Assembly: GCA_963920595.1 (NCBI GenBank) | Contig: OY986947.1 | Coordinates: 1,922,001 to 1,986,000, forward strand | Length of the DNA: 64,000 nt | Source of the DNA: Eimeria praecox | Lineage: Eukaryota | Reading direction: 5' to 3' | In this document: one piece after another, positions 39,332-52,654 of the stretch | How the letters are laid out: every line of letters begins with the position of its first letter | How positions within the stretch are numbered: position 1 is the first letter of the stretch | Made by a program: the position numbers and the translations under genes | The notes under the pieces: model-generated | Databases searched by the model: none | What the model was told of the DNA's origin: nothing | Seen by the model: the letters and a program-made list of their open reading frames with translations, nothing else

Positions 39332-40167
39332 CGGCTGTTCAGATGCTCCACGCTCTTGCGCCATATTAGGAATGCTTCGTGCCAGAATTGGCCCACATCA
39401 TCCCTTCTCTTATGGATCTATTCACGACGATCAGGCAACTACAGTCCAAGGGTCCCATCAGTCCTTCTAATTCGAGCACAAACTTCAGTTTATTTCATAA
39501 TAGGTGTAGCACCAGACACGGATGACGATAGCCTTTGGGGTCCCCTGAATATGCTTGGCAAAGAAGCCCGCATTAAAATCTCTTCGAGCTGTGTATCAGT
39601 GGGCGCCGTCAACATATTCATATTGATCAGGTCCAATATCGCAACAGACCCCTCGAAAGTACGATTTCGTACGCACACGATGCGCCTTGCACCCACTCTA
39701 AAGATCATCGACAGCACAGCACTGCTGCAGCAAAGCAGCCAGAGCACACATTAACACGAACACGTACATACACACAAAAGCATACACAAACACATACGTA
39801 CGCACACACACGCTTCCCTGGCTTTCCTAGATCCAACTAAAATTTACACAGCATTAGGCAGGCACAGACATGAATAGTTGAGCGATGCTTCGCGACATTA
39901 GTCCCTTTGCCACCCCCCAAGTGATATGTAAAGCACGTTCCATGCACGTGCATTCAGCCTTCTCCAAGTGCATGCCGCATGTGAACAGCCGAAGGCAGAT
40001 CCTTCTCGATACTGGCTGGCACCAAAGTTGCCCCAGAGATCGAGTGAAATGCAGCTTGGTGAGGTGGAGGCACTGGAGGCGAGCACAGCATTTCTGTGTG
40101 GGCATGCAGGATGCTGCTGCATTTGGGGTGTGCCGTCGACTTCCTAGCATGCTAAGGGGCATCCAAA

Positions 40168-40239
40168 AGGTCCTACTGGGATTTGAACCCAGGTCGGCGG
40201 ATTCAGAGTCCGCAGTGCTTACCACTACACCATAGAACC
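40168..40239 (-). tRNA. tRNA-Gln(CTG) copy 1
   Basis: Minus strand GGTTCTATGGTGTAGTGGTAAGCACTGCGGACTCTGAATCCGCCGACCTGGGTTCAAATCCCAGTAGGACCT. Full cloverleaf, A and B boxes, anticodon arm GCGGA-CTCTGAA-TCCGC, ends in TTTT. Confidence 0.97.
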
Positions 40240-41202
40240 GCGAGGTGACCCTCGCCATGCAGTAAAAGCATCGCAGCTCTCCTGCTAGAAAATCGAAGCC
40301 AAACAAGCGTCTTCTTCTTTCTCGTACCAAGCCCGAATTCTGCGCCAGACTCGCCTTGCGCTCTTTAGCTGGGCATGGCTCCTCCGCACCACCCTGCTCA
40401 CCCTAATGACGCTGGTTGTCTGCTTGCCTTTGGATTCCCCACCATGTTCGCATCTGGAAGCTGTTTTCAGTGGCTAAATTCCTGTACAACGCAGCTTCTG
40501 CCTTAGGATGTGAGAAGGATCGCAATCAACACCAATCAACAACAAGCTAGCGCTCTACGATTGGAGCATGCGGCGGGGTAGACTTGGCGTTGGTGGGGCC
40601 CATGTGGGTGTCTGTTGAGGGCCGCTTCTTGGCTTTTGCCAGGAGAGGTCCTAAGCTTTGGCGCTGTCAAACGCCTGTTCTTGCATAGCAAATAAGGCTG
40701 CACGAATAGGTTGGCGCCGCTTCGAGAGGTCCATTTCCTCAAATCTCTAGTTCGGACCCACCCTCACCGTCACAGATAGAGCGGTGGGATGGTGGTACAG
40801 CTGTCAGGCTAGGCGCATGCGCTTGCATTTGCGCCCCAACATGCAGCTCCTCATCCCACCAGTAAAGACGCCTGACCATTGGGCACTCGTAGGCATACAT
40901 AGCCATGCGTGATAGTGGCATGCTTCGCGACATTAGCCCCTCTGCCACCCCCCAAGTGATATGTAAAGCACGTTCCATGCACGTGCATTCAGCCTTCTCC
41001 AAGTGCATGCCGCATGTGAACAGCCGAAGGCAGATCCTTCTCGATACTGGCTGGCACCAAAGTTGCCCCAGAGATCGAGTGAAATGCAGCTTGGTGAGGT
41101 GGAGGCCCTGGAAGCGAGCACAGCATTTCTGTGTGGGCATGCAGGATGCTGCTGCATTTGGGGTGTGCCTTCGACTTCCTAGCATGCTAAGGGGCATCCA
41201 AA

Positions 41203-41274
41203 AGGTCCTACTGGGATTTGAACCCAGGTCGGCGGATTCAGAGTCCGCAGTGCTTACCACTACACCATAGAACC
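41203..41274 (-). tRNA. tRNA-Gln(CTG) copy 2
   Basis: Same 72-nt sequence as copy 1. Confidence 0.97.
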
Positions 41275-42237
41275 GCGAGGTGACCCTCGCCATGCAGTAA
41301 AAGCATCGCAGCTCTCCTGCTAGAAAATCGAAGCCAAACAAGCGTCTTCTTCTTTCTCGTACCAAGCCCGAATTCTGCGCCAGACTCGCCTTGCGCTCTT
41401 TAGCTGGGCATGGCTCCTCCGCACCACCCTGCTCACCCTAATGACGCTGGTTGTCTGCTTGCCTTTGGATTCCTCACCATGTTCGCATCTGGAAGCTGTT
41501 TTCAGTGGCTAAATTCCTGTACAACGCAGCTTCTGCCTTAGGATGTGAGAAGGATCGCAATCAACACCAATCAACAACAAGCCAGCGCTCTACGATTGGA
41601 GCATGCGGCGGGGTAGACTTGGCGTTGGTGGGGCTCATGTGGGTGTCTGTTGAGGGCCGCTTCTTGGCGTTTGCCAGGAGAGGTCCTAAGCTTTGGCGCT
41701 GTCAAACGGCTGTTCTTGCATAGCAAAAAAGGCTGCACGAATAGGTTGGCGCCGCTTCGAGAGGTCCATTTCCTCAAATCTCTAGTTCGGACCCACCCTC
41801 ACCGTCACAGATAGAGCGGTGGGATGGTGAAACAGCTGTCAGGCTGGGCGCATGCGCTTGCATTTGCGCCCCAACATGCAGCTCCTCATCTCACCAGTAA
41901 AGACGCCTGACCATTGAGCACGCGTACGCATACATAGCCATGCGTGATAGTGGCATGCTTCGCGGCATTAGTCCCTCTGCCACCCCCCAAGTGATATGTA
42001 AAGCACGTTCCATGCACGTGCATTCAGCCTTCTCCAAGTGCATGCCGCATGTGAACAGCCGAAGGCAGATCCTTCTCGATACTGGCTGGCACCAAAGTTG
42101 CCCCAGAGATCGAGTGAAATGCAGCTTGGAGAGGTGGAGGCGCTGGAAGCGAGCACAGCATTTCTGTGTGGGCATGCAGGATACTGCTGCATTTGGGGTG
42201 TGCCTTCGACTTCCTAGCATGCTAAGGGGCATCCAAA

Positions 42238-42309
42238 AGGTCCTACTGGGATTTGAACCCAGGTCGGCGGATTCAGAGTCCGCAGTGCTTACCACTACAC
42301 CATAGAACC
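42238..42309 (-). tRNA. tRNA-Gln(CTG) copy 3
   Basis: Same 72-nt sequence as copy 1. Confidence 0.97.
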
Positions 42310-43271
42310 GCGAGGTGACCCTCGCCATGCAGTAAAAGCATCGCAGCTCTCCTGCTAGAAAATCGAAGCCAAACAAGCGTCTTCTTCTTTCTCGTACCAA
42401 GCCCGAATTCTGCGCCAGACTCGCCTTGCGCTCTTTAGCTGGGCATGGCTCCTCCGCACCACCCTGCTCACCCTAATGACGCTGGTTGTCTGCTTGCCTT
42501 TGGATTCCCAACCATGTTCGCATCTGGAAGCTGTTTTCAGTGGCTAAATTCCTGTACAACGCAGCTTCTGCCTTAGGATGTGAGAAGGATCGCAATCAAC
42601 ACCAATCAACAACAAGCCAGCGCTCTACGGTTGGAGCATGCGGCGGAGTAGACTTGGCGTTGGTGGGGCTCATGTGGGTGTGTGCTGAGGGCCGCTTCTT
42701 GGCTTTTGCCAGGAGAGGTCCTAAGCTTTGGCGCTGTCAAACGCCTGTTCTTGCATAGCAAATAAGGCTGCACGAATAGGTTCGCGCCGCTTCGAGAGGT
42801 CCATTTCCTCAAATCTCTAGTTCGGACCCACCCTCACCGTCACAGATAGAGCGGTGGGATGGTGGTACAGCTGTCAGGCTAGGCGCATGCGCTTGCATTT
42901 GCGCCCCAACATGCAGCTCCTCATCTCACCAGTAAAGACGCCTGACCATTGAGCACTCGTAGGCATACATAGCCATGCGTGACACTGGCATGCTTCGCGG
43001 CTTTAGTCCGTCTCCACCCCCCAAGTGATATGTAAAGCACGTTCCATGCACGTGCATTCAGCCTTCTCCAAGTGCATGCCGCATGTGAACAGCCGAAGGC
43101 AGATCCTTCTCGATACTGGCTGGCACCAAAGTTGCCCCAGAGATCGAGTGAAATGCAGCTTGGTGAGGTGGAGGCACTGGAGGCGAGCACAGCATTTCTG
43201 TGTGGGCATGCAGGATGCTGCTGCATTTGGGGTGTGCCGTCGACTTCCTAGCATGCTAAGGGGCATCCAAA

Positions 43272-43343
43272 AGGTCCTACTGGGATTTGAACCCAGGTCG
43301 GCGGATTCAGAGTCCGCAGTGCTTACCACTACACCATAGAACC
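43272..43343 (-). tRNA. tRNA-Gln(CTG) copy 4
   Basis: Same 72-nt sequence as copy 1. Confidence 0.97.
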
Positions 43344-44305
43344 GCGAGGTGACCCTCGCCATGCAGTAAAAGCATCGCAGCTCTCCTGCTAGAAAATCGA
43401 AGCCAAACAAGCGTCTTCTTCTTTCTCGTACCAAGCCCGAATTCTGCGCCAGACTCGCCTTGCGCTCTTTAGCTGGGCATGGCTCCTCCGCACCACCCTG
43501 CTCACCCTAATGACGCTGGTTGTCTGCTTGCCTTTGGATTCCTCACCATGTTCGCATCTGGAAGCTGTTTTCAGTGGCTAAATTCCTGTACAACGCAGCT
43601 TCTGCCTTAGGATGTGAGAAGGATCGCAATCAACACCAATCAACAACAAGCCAGCGCTCTACGATTGGAGCATGCGGCGGAGTAGACTTGGCGTTGGTGG
43701 GGCTCATGTGGGTGTGTGCTGAGGGCCGCTTCTTGGCTTTTGCCAGGAGAGGTCCTAAGCTTTGGCGCTGTCAAACGCCTGTTCTTGCATAGCAAATAAG
43801 GCTGCACGAATAGGTTCGCGCCGCTTCGAGAGGTCCATTTCCTCAAATCTCTAGTTCGGACCCACCCTCACCGTCACAGATAGAGCGGTGGGATGGTGGT
43901 ACAGCTGTCAGGCTAGGCGCATGCGCTTGCATTTGCGCCCCAACATGCAGCTCCTCATCTCACCAGTAAAGACGCCTGACCATTGAGCACTCGTAGGCAT
44001 ACATAGCCATGCGTGACACTGGCATGCTTCGCGGCTTTAGTCCGTCTCCACCCCCCAAGTGATATGTAAAGCACGTTCCATGCACGTGCATTCAGCCTTC
44101 TCCAAGTGCATGCCGCATGTGAACAGCCGAAGGCAGATCCTTCTCGATACTGGCTGGCACCAAAGTTGCCCCAGAGATCGAGTGAAATGCAGCTTGGTGA
44201 GGTGGAGGCACTGGAGGCGAGCACAGCATTTCTGTGTGGGCATGCAGGATGCTGCTGCATTTGGGGTGTGCCGTCGACTTCCTAGCATGCTAAGGGGCAT
44301 CCAAA

Positions 44306-44377
44306 AGGTCCTACTGGGATTTGAACCCAGGTCGGCGGATTCAGAGTCCGCAGTGCTTACCACTACACCATAGAACC
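44306..44377 (-). tRNA. tRNA-Gln(CTG) copy 5
   Basis: Same 72-nt sequence as copy 1. Confidence 0.97.
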
Positions 44378-45339
44378 GCGAGGTGACCCTCGCCATGCAG
44401 TAAAAGCATCGCAGCTCTCCTGCTAGAAAATCGAAGCCAAACAAGCGTCTTCTTCTTTCTCGTACCAAGCCCGAATTCTGCGCCAGACTCGCCTTGCGCT
44501 CTTTAGCTGGGCATGGCTCCTCCGCACCACCCTGCTCACCCTAATGACGCTGGTTGTCTGCTTGCCTTTGGATTCCCAACCATTTTCGCATCTGGAAGCT
44601 GTTTTCAGTGGCTAAATTCCTGTACAACGCAGCTTCTGCCTTAGGATGTGAGAAGGATCGCAATCAACACCAATCAACAACAAGCCAGCGCTCTACGGTT
44701 GGAGCATGCGGCGGAGTAGACTTGGCGTTGGTGGGGCTCATGTGGGTGTGTGCTGAGGGCCGCTTCTTGGCTTTTGCCAGGAGAGGTCCTAAGCTTTGGC
44801 GCTGTCAAACGCCTGTTCTTGCATGGCAAATAAGGCTGCACGAATAGGTTGGCGCCGCTTCGAGAGGTCCATTTCCTCAAATCTCTAGTTCGGACCCACC
44901 CTCACCGTCACAGATAGAGCGGTGGGATGGTGGTACAGCTGTCAGGCTAGGCGCATGCGCTTGCATTTGCGCCCCAACATGCAGCTCCTCATCTCACCAG
45001 TAAAGACGCCTGACCACTGGGCACTCGTAGGCATACATAGCCATGCGTGATAGTGGCATGCTTCGCGGCATTAGTCCGTCTCCACCCCCCAAGTGATATG
45101 TAAAGCACGTTCCATGCACGTGCATTCAGCCTTCTCCAAGTGCATGCCGCATGCGAACAGCCGAAGGCAGATCCTTCTCGATACTGGCTGGCACCAAAGT
45201 TGCCCCAGAGATCGAGTGAAATGCAGCTTGGTGAGGTGGAGGCACTGGAGGCGAGCACAGCATTTCTGTGTGGGCATGCAGGATGCTGCTGCATTTGGGG
45301 TGTGCCTTCGACTTCCTAGCATGCTAAGGGGCATCCAAA

Positions 45340-45411
45340 AGGTCCTACTGGGATTTGAACCCAGGTCGGCGGATTCAGAGTCCGCAGTGCTTACCACTAC
45401 ACCATAGAACC
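45340..45411 (-). tRNA. tRNA-Gln(CTG) copy 6
   Basis: Same 72-nt sequence as copy 1. Confidence 0.97.
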
Positions 45412-46375
45412 GCGAGGTGACCCTCGCCATGCAGTAAAAGCATCGCAGCTCTCCTGCTAGAAAATCGAAGCCAAACAAGCGTCTTCTTCTTTCTCGTACC
45501 AAGCCCGAATTCTGCGCCAGACTCGCCTCTTGCGCTCTTTAGCTGGGCATGGCTCCTCCGCACCACCCTGCTCACCCTAATGACGCTGGTTGTCTGCTTG
45601 CCTTTGGATTCCCAACCATGTTCGCATCTGGAAGCTGTTTTCAGTGGCTAAATTCCTGTACAACGCAGCTTCTGCCTTAGGATGTGAGAAGGATCGCAAT
45701 CAACACCAATCAACAACAAGCCAGCGCTCTACGGTTGGAGCATGCGGCGGAGTAGACTTGGCGTTGGTGGGGCTCATGTGGGTGTGTGCTGAGGGCCGCT
45801 TCTTGGCTTTTGCCAGGAGAGGTCCTAAGCTTTGGCGCTGTCAAACGCCTGTTCTTGCATAGCAAATAAGGCTGCACGAATAGGTTGGCGCCGCTTCGAG
45901 AGGTCCATTTCCTCAAATCTCTAGTTCGGACCCACCCTCACCGTCACAGATAGAGCGGTGGGATGGTGGTACAGCTGTCAGGCTAGGCGCATGCGCTTGC
46001 ATTTGCGCCCCAACATGCAGCTCCTCATCTCACCAGTAAAGACGCCTGACCATTGAGCACTCGTAGGCATACATAGCCATGCGTGACACTGGCATGCTTC
46101 GCGGCTTTAGTCCGTCTCCACCCCCCAAGTGATATGTAAAGCACGTTCCATGCACGTGCATTCAGCCTTCTCCAAGTGCATGCCGCATGTGAACAGCCGA
46201 AGGCAGATCCTTCTCGATACTGGCTGGCACCAAAGTTGCCCCAGAGATCGAGTGAAATGCAGCTTGGTGAGGTGGAGGCACTGGAGGCGAGCACAGCATT
46301 TCTGTGTGGGCATGCAGGATGGTGCTGCATTTGGGGTGTGCCTTCGACTTCCTAGCATGCTAAGGGGCATCCAAA

Positions 46376-46447
46376 AGGTCCTACTGGGATTTGAACCCAG
46401 GTCGGCGGATTCAGAGTCCGCAGTGCTTACCACTACACCATAGAACC
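46376..46447 (-). tRNA. tRNA-Gln(CTG) copy 7
   Basis: Same 72-nt sequence as copy 1. Confidence 0.97.
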
Positions 46448-47410
46448 GCGAGGTGACCCTCGCCATGCAGTAAAAGCATCGCAGCTCTCCTGCTAGAAAA
46501 TCGAAGCCAAACAAGCGTCTTCTTCTTTCTCGTACCAAGCCCGAATTCTGCGCCAGACTCGCCTTGCGCTCTTTAGCTGGGCATGGCTCCTCCGCACCAC
46601 CCTGCTCACCCTAATGACGCTGGTTGTCTGCTTGCCTTTGGATTCCCCACCATGTTCGCATCTGGAAGCTGTTTTCAGTGGCTAAATTCCTGTACAACGC
46701 AGCTTCTGCCTTAGGATGTGAGAAGGATCGCAATCAACACCAATCAACAACAAGCTAGCGCTCTACGATTGGAGCATGCGGCGGAGTAGACTTGGCGTTG
46801 GTGGGGCTCATGTGGGTGTGTGCTGAGGGCCGCTTCTTGGCTTTTGCCAGGAGAGGTCCTAAGCTTTGACGCTGTCAAACGCCTGTTCTTGCATAGCAAA
46901 TAAGGCTGCACGAATAGGTTGGCGCCGCTTCGAGAGGTCCATTTCCTCAAATCTCTAGTTCGGACCCACCCTCACCGTCACAGATAGAGCGGTGGGATGG
47001 TGGTACAGCTGTCAGGCTGGGCGCATGCGCTTGCATTTGCGCCCCAACATGCAGCTCCTCACCCCACCAGAAAAGACGCCTGACCATTGGGCACTCGTAG
47101 GCATACATAGCCATGCGTGATAGTGGCATGCTTCGCGACATTAGTCCCTCTGCCACCCCCCAAGTGATATGTAAAGCACGTTCCATGCACGTGCATTCAG
47201 CCTTCTCCAAGTGCATGCCGCATGTGAACAGCCGAAGGCAGATCCTTCTCGATACTGGCTGGCACCAAAGTTGCCCCAGAGATCGAGTGAAATGCAGCTT
47301 GGTGAGGTGGAGGCCCTGGAGGCGAGCACAGCATTTCTGTGTGGGCATGCAGGATGCTGCTGCATTTGGGGTGTGCCTTCGACTTCCTAGCATGCTAAGG
47401 GGCATCCAAA

Positions 47411-47482
47411 AGGTCCTACTGGGATTTGAACCCAGGTCGGCGGATTCAGAGTCCGCAGTGCTTACCACTACACCATAGAACC
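47411..47482 (-). tRNA. tRNA-Gln(CTG) copy 8
   Basis: Same 72-nt sequence as copy 1. Confidence 0.97.
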
Positions 47483-48444
47483 GCGAGGTGACCCTCGCCA
47501 TGCAGTAAAAGCATCGCAGCTCTCCTGCTAGAAAATCGAAGCCAAACAAGCGTCTTCTTCTTTCTCGTACCAAGCCCGAATTCTGCGCCAGACTCGCCTT
47601 GCGCTCTTTAGCTGGGCATGGCTCCTCCGCACCACCCTGCTCACCCTAATGACGCTGGTTGTCTGCTTGCCTTTGGATTCCCAACCATGTTCGCATCTGG
47701 AAGCTGTTTTCAGTGGCTAAATTCCTGTACAACGCAGCTTCTGCCTTAGGATGTGAGAAGGATCGCAATCAACACCAATCAACAACAAGCCAGCGCTCTA
47801 CGGTTGGAGCATGCGGCGGAGTAGACTTGGCGTTGGTGGGGCTCATGTGGGTGTGTGCTGAGGGCCGCTTCTTGGCTTTTGCCAGGAGAGGTCCTAAGCT
47901 TTGGCGCTGTCAAACGCCTGTTCTTGCATGGCAAATAAGGCTGCACGAATAGGTTGGCGCCGCTTCGAGAGGTCCATTTCCTCAAATCTCTAGTTCGGAC
48001 CCACCCTCACCGTCACAGATAGAGCGGTGGGATGGTGGTACAGCTGTCAGGCTAGGCGCATGCGCTTGCATTTGCGCCCCAACATGCAGCTCCTCATCTC
48101 ACCAGTAAAGACGCCTGACCACTGGGCACTCGTAGGCATACATAGCCATGCGTGATAGTGGCATGCTTCGCGGCATTAGTCCGTCTCCACCCCCCAAGTG
48201 ATATGTAAAGCACGTTCCATGCACGTGCATTCAGCCTTCTCCAAGTGCATGCCGCATGCGAACAGCCGAAGGCAGATCCTTCTCGATACTGGCTGGCACC
48301 AAAGTTGCCCCAGAGATCGAGTGAAATGCAGCTTGGTGAGGTGGAGGCACTGGAGGCGAGCACAGCATTTCTGTGTGGGCATGCAGGATGCTGCTGCATT
48401 TGGGGTGTGCCGTCGACTTCCTAGCATGCTAAGGGGCATCCAAA

Positions 48445-48516
48445 AGGTCCTACTGGGATTTGAACCCAGGTCGGCGGATTCAGAGTCCGCAGTGCTTACC
48501 ACTACACCATAGAACC
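48445..48516 (-). tRNA. tRNA-Gln(CTG) copy 9
   Basis: Same 72-nt sequence as copy 1. Confidence 0.97.
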
Positions 48517-49480
48517 GCGAGGTGACCCTCGCCATGCAGTAAAAGCATCGCAGCTCTCCTGCTAGAAAATCGAAGCCAAACAAGCGTCTTCTTCTTTCTC
48601 GTACCAAGCCCGAATTCTGCGCCAGACTCGCCTCTTGCGCTCTTTAGCTGGGCATGGCTCCTCCGCACCACCCTGCTCACCCTAATGACGCTGGTTGTCT
48701 GCTTGCCTTTGGATTCCCAACCATGTTCGCATCTGGAAGCTGTTTTCAGTGGCTAAATTCCTGTACAACGCAGCTTCTGCCTTAGGATGTGAGAAGGATC
48801 GCAATCAACACCAATCAACAACAAGCCAGCGCTCTACGGTTGGAGCATGCGGCGGAGTAGACTTGGCGTTGGTGGGGCTCATGTGGGTGTGTGCTGAGGG
48901 CCGCTTCTTGGCTTTTGCCAGGAGAGGTCCTAAGCTTTGGCGCTGTCAAACGCCTGTTCTTGCATAGCAAATAAGGCTGCACGAATAGGTTGGCGCCGCT
49001 TCGAGAGGTCCATTTCCTCAAATCTCTAGTTCGGACCCACCCTCACCGTCACAGATAGAGCGGTGGGATGGTGGTACAGCTGTCAGGCTAGGCGCATGCG
49101 CTTGCATTTGCGCCCCAACATGCAGCTCCTCATCTCACCAGTAAAGACGCCTGACCATTGAGCACTCGTAGGCATACATAGCCATGCGTGACACTGGCAT
49201 GCTTCGCGGCTTTAGTCCGTCTCCACCCCCCAAGTGATATGTAAAGCACGTTCCATGCACGTGCATTCAGCCTTCTCCAAGTGCATGCCGCATGTGAACA
49301 GCCGAAGGCAGATCCTTCTCGATACTGGCTGGCACCAAAGTTGCCCCAGAGATCGAGTGAAATGCAGCTTGGTGAGGTGGAGGCACTGGAGGCGAGCACA
49401 GCATTTCTGTGTGGGCATGCAGGATGCTGCTGCATTTGGGGTGTGCCGTCGACTTCCTAGCATGCTAAGGGGCATCCAAA

Positions 49481-49552
49481 AGGTCCTACTGGGATTTGAA
49501 CCCAGGTCGGCGGATTCAGAGTCCGCAGTGCTTACCACTACACCATAGAACC
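49481..49552 (-). tRNA. tRNA-Gln(CTG) copy 10
   Basis: Same 72-nt sequence as copy 1. Confidence 0.97.
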
Positions 49553-50514
49553 GCGAGGTGACCCTCGCCATGCAGTAAAAGCATCGCAGCTCTCCTGCTA
49601 GAAAATCGAAGCCAAACAAGCGTCTTCTTCTTTCTCGTACCAAGCCCGAATTCTGCGCCAGACTCGCCTTGCGCTCTTTAGCTGGGCATGGCTCCTCCGC
49701 ACCACCCTGCTCACCCTAATGACGCTGGTTGTCTGCTTGCCTTTGGATTCCCAACCATGTTCGCATCTGGAAGCTGTTTTCAGTGGCTAAATTCCTGTGC
49801 AACGCAGCTTCTGCCTTAGGATGTGAGAAGGATCGCAATCAACACCAATCAACAACAAGCCAGCGCTCTACGATTGGAGCATGCGGCGGAGTAGACTTGG
49901 CGTTGGTGGGGCTCATGTGGGTGTGTGCTGAGGGCCGCTTCTTGGCTTTTGCCAGGAGAGGTCCTAAGCTTTGGCGCTGTCAAACGCCTGTTCTTGCATA
50001 GCAAATAAGGCTGCACGAATAGGTTGGCGCCGCTTCGAGAGGTCCATTTCCTCAAATCTCTAGTTCGGACCCACCCTCACCGTCACAGATAGAGCGGTGG
50101 GATGGTGGTACAGCTGTCAGGCTAGGCGCATGCGCTTGCATTTGCGCCCCAACATGCAGCTCCTCATCTCACCAGTAAAGACGCCTGACCATTGAGCACT
50201 CGTAGGCATACATAGCCATGCGTGACACTGGCATGCTTCGCGGCTTTAGTCCGTCTCCACCCCCCAAGTGATATGTAAAGCACGTTCCATGCACGTGCAT
50301 TCAGCCTTCTCCAAGTGCATGCCGCATGTGAACAGCCGAAGGCAGATCCTTCTCGATACTGGCTGGCACCAAAGTTGCCCCAGAGATCGAGTGAAATGCA
50401 GCTTGGTGAGGTGGAGGCACTGGAGGCGAGCACAGCATTTCTGTGTGGGCATGCAGGATGCTGCTGCATTTGGGGTGTGCCGTCGACTTCCTAGCATGCT
50501 AAGGGGCATCCAAA

Positions 50515-50586
50515 AGGTCCTACTGGGATTTGAACCCAGGTCGGCGGATTCAGAGTCCGCAGTGCTTACCACTACACCATAGAACC
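50515..50586 (-). tRNA. tRNA-Gln(CTG) copy 11
   Basis: Same 72-nt sequence as copy 1. Confidence 0.97.
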
Positions 50587-51548
50587 GCGAGGTGACCCTC
50601 GCCATGCAGTAAAAGCATCGCAGCTCTCCTGCTAGAAAATCGAAGCCAAACAAGCGTCTTCTTCTTTCTCGTACCAAGCCCGAATTCTGCGCCAGACTCG
50701 CCTTGCGCTCTTTAGCTGGGCATGGCTCCTCCGCACCACCCTGCTCACCCTAATGACGCTGGTTGTCTGCTTGCCTTTGGATTCCCAACCATTTTCGCAT
50801 CTGGAAGCTGTTTTCAGTGGCTAAATTCCTGTACAACGCAGCTTCTGCCTTAGGATGTGAGAAGGATCGCAATCAACACCAATCAACAACAAGCCAGCGC
50901 TCTACGATTGGAGCATGCGGCGGGGTAGACTTGGCGTTGGTGGGGCCCATGTGGGTGTGTGTTGAGGGCCGCTTCTTGGCTTTTGCCAGGAGAGGTCCTA
51001 AGCTTTGGCGCTGTCAAACGCCTGTTCTTGCATAGCAAATAAGGCTGCACGAATAGGTTGGCGCCGCTTCGAGAGGTCCATTTCCTCAAATCTCTAGTTC
51101 GGACCCACCCTCACCGTCACAGATAGAGCGGTGGGATGGTGAAACAGCTGTCAGGCTAGGCGCATGCGCTTGCATTTGCGCCCCAACATGCAGCTCCTCA
51201 TCTCACCAGTAAAGACGCCTGACCATTGAGCACTCGTAGGCATACATAGCCATGCGTGACACTGGCATGCTTCGCGGCTTTAGTCCGTCTCCACCCCCCA
51301 AGTGATATGTAAAGCACGTTCCATGCACGTGCATTCAGCCTTCTCCAAGTGCATGCCGCATGTGAACAGCCGAAGGCAGATCCTTCTCGATACTGGCTGG
51401 CACCAAAGTTGCCCCAGAGATCGAGTGAAATGCAGCTTGGTGAGGTGGAGGCACTGGAGGCGAGCACAGCATTTCTGTGTGGGCATGCAGGATGCTGCTG
51501 CATTTGGGGTGTGCCGTCGACTTCCTAGCATGCTAAGGGGCATCCAAA

Positions 51549-51620
51549 AGGTCCTACTGGGATTTGAACCCAGGTCGGCGGATTCAGAGTCCGCAGTGCT
51601 TACCACTACACCATAGAACC
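51549..51620 (-). tRNA. tRNA-Gln(CTG) copy 12
   Basis: Same 72-nt sequence as copy 1. Confidence 0.97.
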
Positions 51621-52582
51621 GCGAGGTGACCCTCGCCATGCAGTAAAAGCATCGCAGCTCTCCTGCTAGAAAATCGAAGCCAAACAAGCGTCTTCTTCTT
51701 TCTCGTACCAAGCCCGAATTCTGCGCCAGACTCGCCTTGCGCTCTTTAGCTGGGCATGGCTCCTCCGCACCACCCTGCTCACCCTAATGACGCTGGTTGT
51801 CTGCTTGCCTTTGGATTCCTCACCATGTTCGCATCTGGAAGCTGTTTTCAGTGGCTAAATTCCTGTACAACGCAGCTTCTGCCTTAGGATGTGAGAAGGA
51901 TCGCAATCAACACCAATCAACAACAAGCCAGCGCTCTACGATTGGAGCATGCGGCGGAGTAGACTTGGCGTTGGTGGGGCTCATGTGGGTGTGTGCTGAG
52001 GGCCGCTTCTTGGCTTTTGCCAGGAGAGGTCCTAAGCTTTGGCGCTGTCAAACGCCTGTTCTTGCATAGCAAATAAGGCTGCACGAATAGGTTGGCGCCG
52101 CTTCGAGAGGTCCATTTCCTCAAATCTCTAGTTCGGACCCACCCTCACCGTCACAGATAGAGCGGTGGGATGGTGGTACAGCTGTCAGGCTAGGCGCATG
52201 CGCTTGCATTTGCGCCCCAACATGCAGCTCCTCATCTCACCAGTAAAGACGCCTGACCACTGGGCACTCGTAGGCATACATAGCCATGCGTGATAGTGGC
52301 ATGCTTCGCGGCATTAGTCCGTCTCCACCCCCCAAGTGATATGTAAAGCACGTTCCATGCACGTGCATTCAGCCTTCTCCAAGTGCATGCCGCATGTGAA
52401 CAGCCGAAGGCAGATCCTTCTCGATACTGGCTGGCACCAAAGTTGCCCCAGAGATCGAGTGAAATGCAGCTTGGTGAGGTGGAGGCACTGGAGGTGAGCA
52501 CAGCATTTCTGTGTGGGCATGCAGGATGCTGCTGCATTTGGGGTGTGCCGTCGACTTCCTAGCATGCTAAGGGGCATCCAAA

Positions 52583-52654
52583 AGGTCCTACTGGGATTTG
52601 AACCCAGGTCGGCGGATTCAGAGTCCGCAGTGCTTACCACTACACCATAGAACC
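52583..52654 (-). tRNA. tRNA-Gln(CTG) copy 13
   Basis: Same 72-nt sequence as copy 1. Confidence 0.97.
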
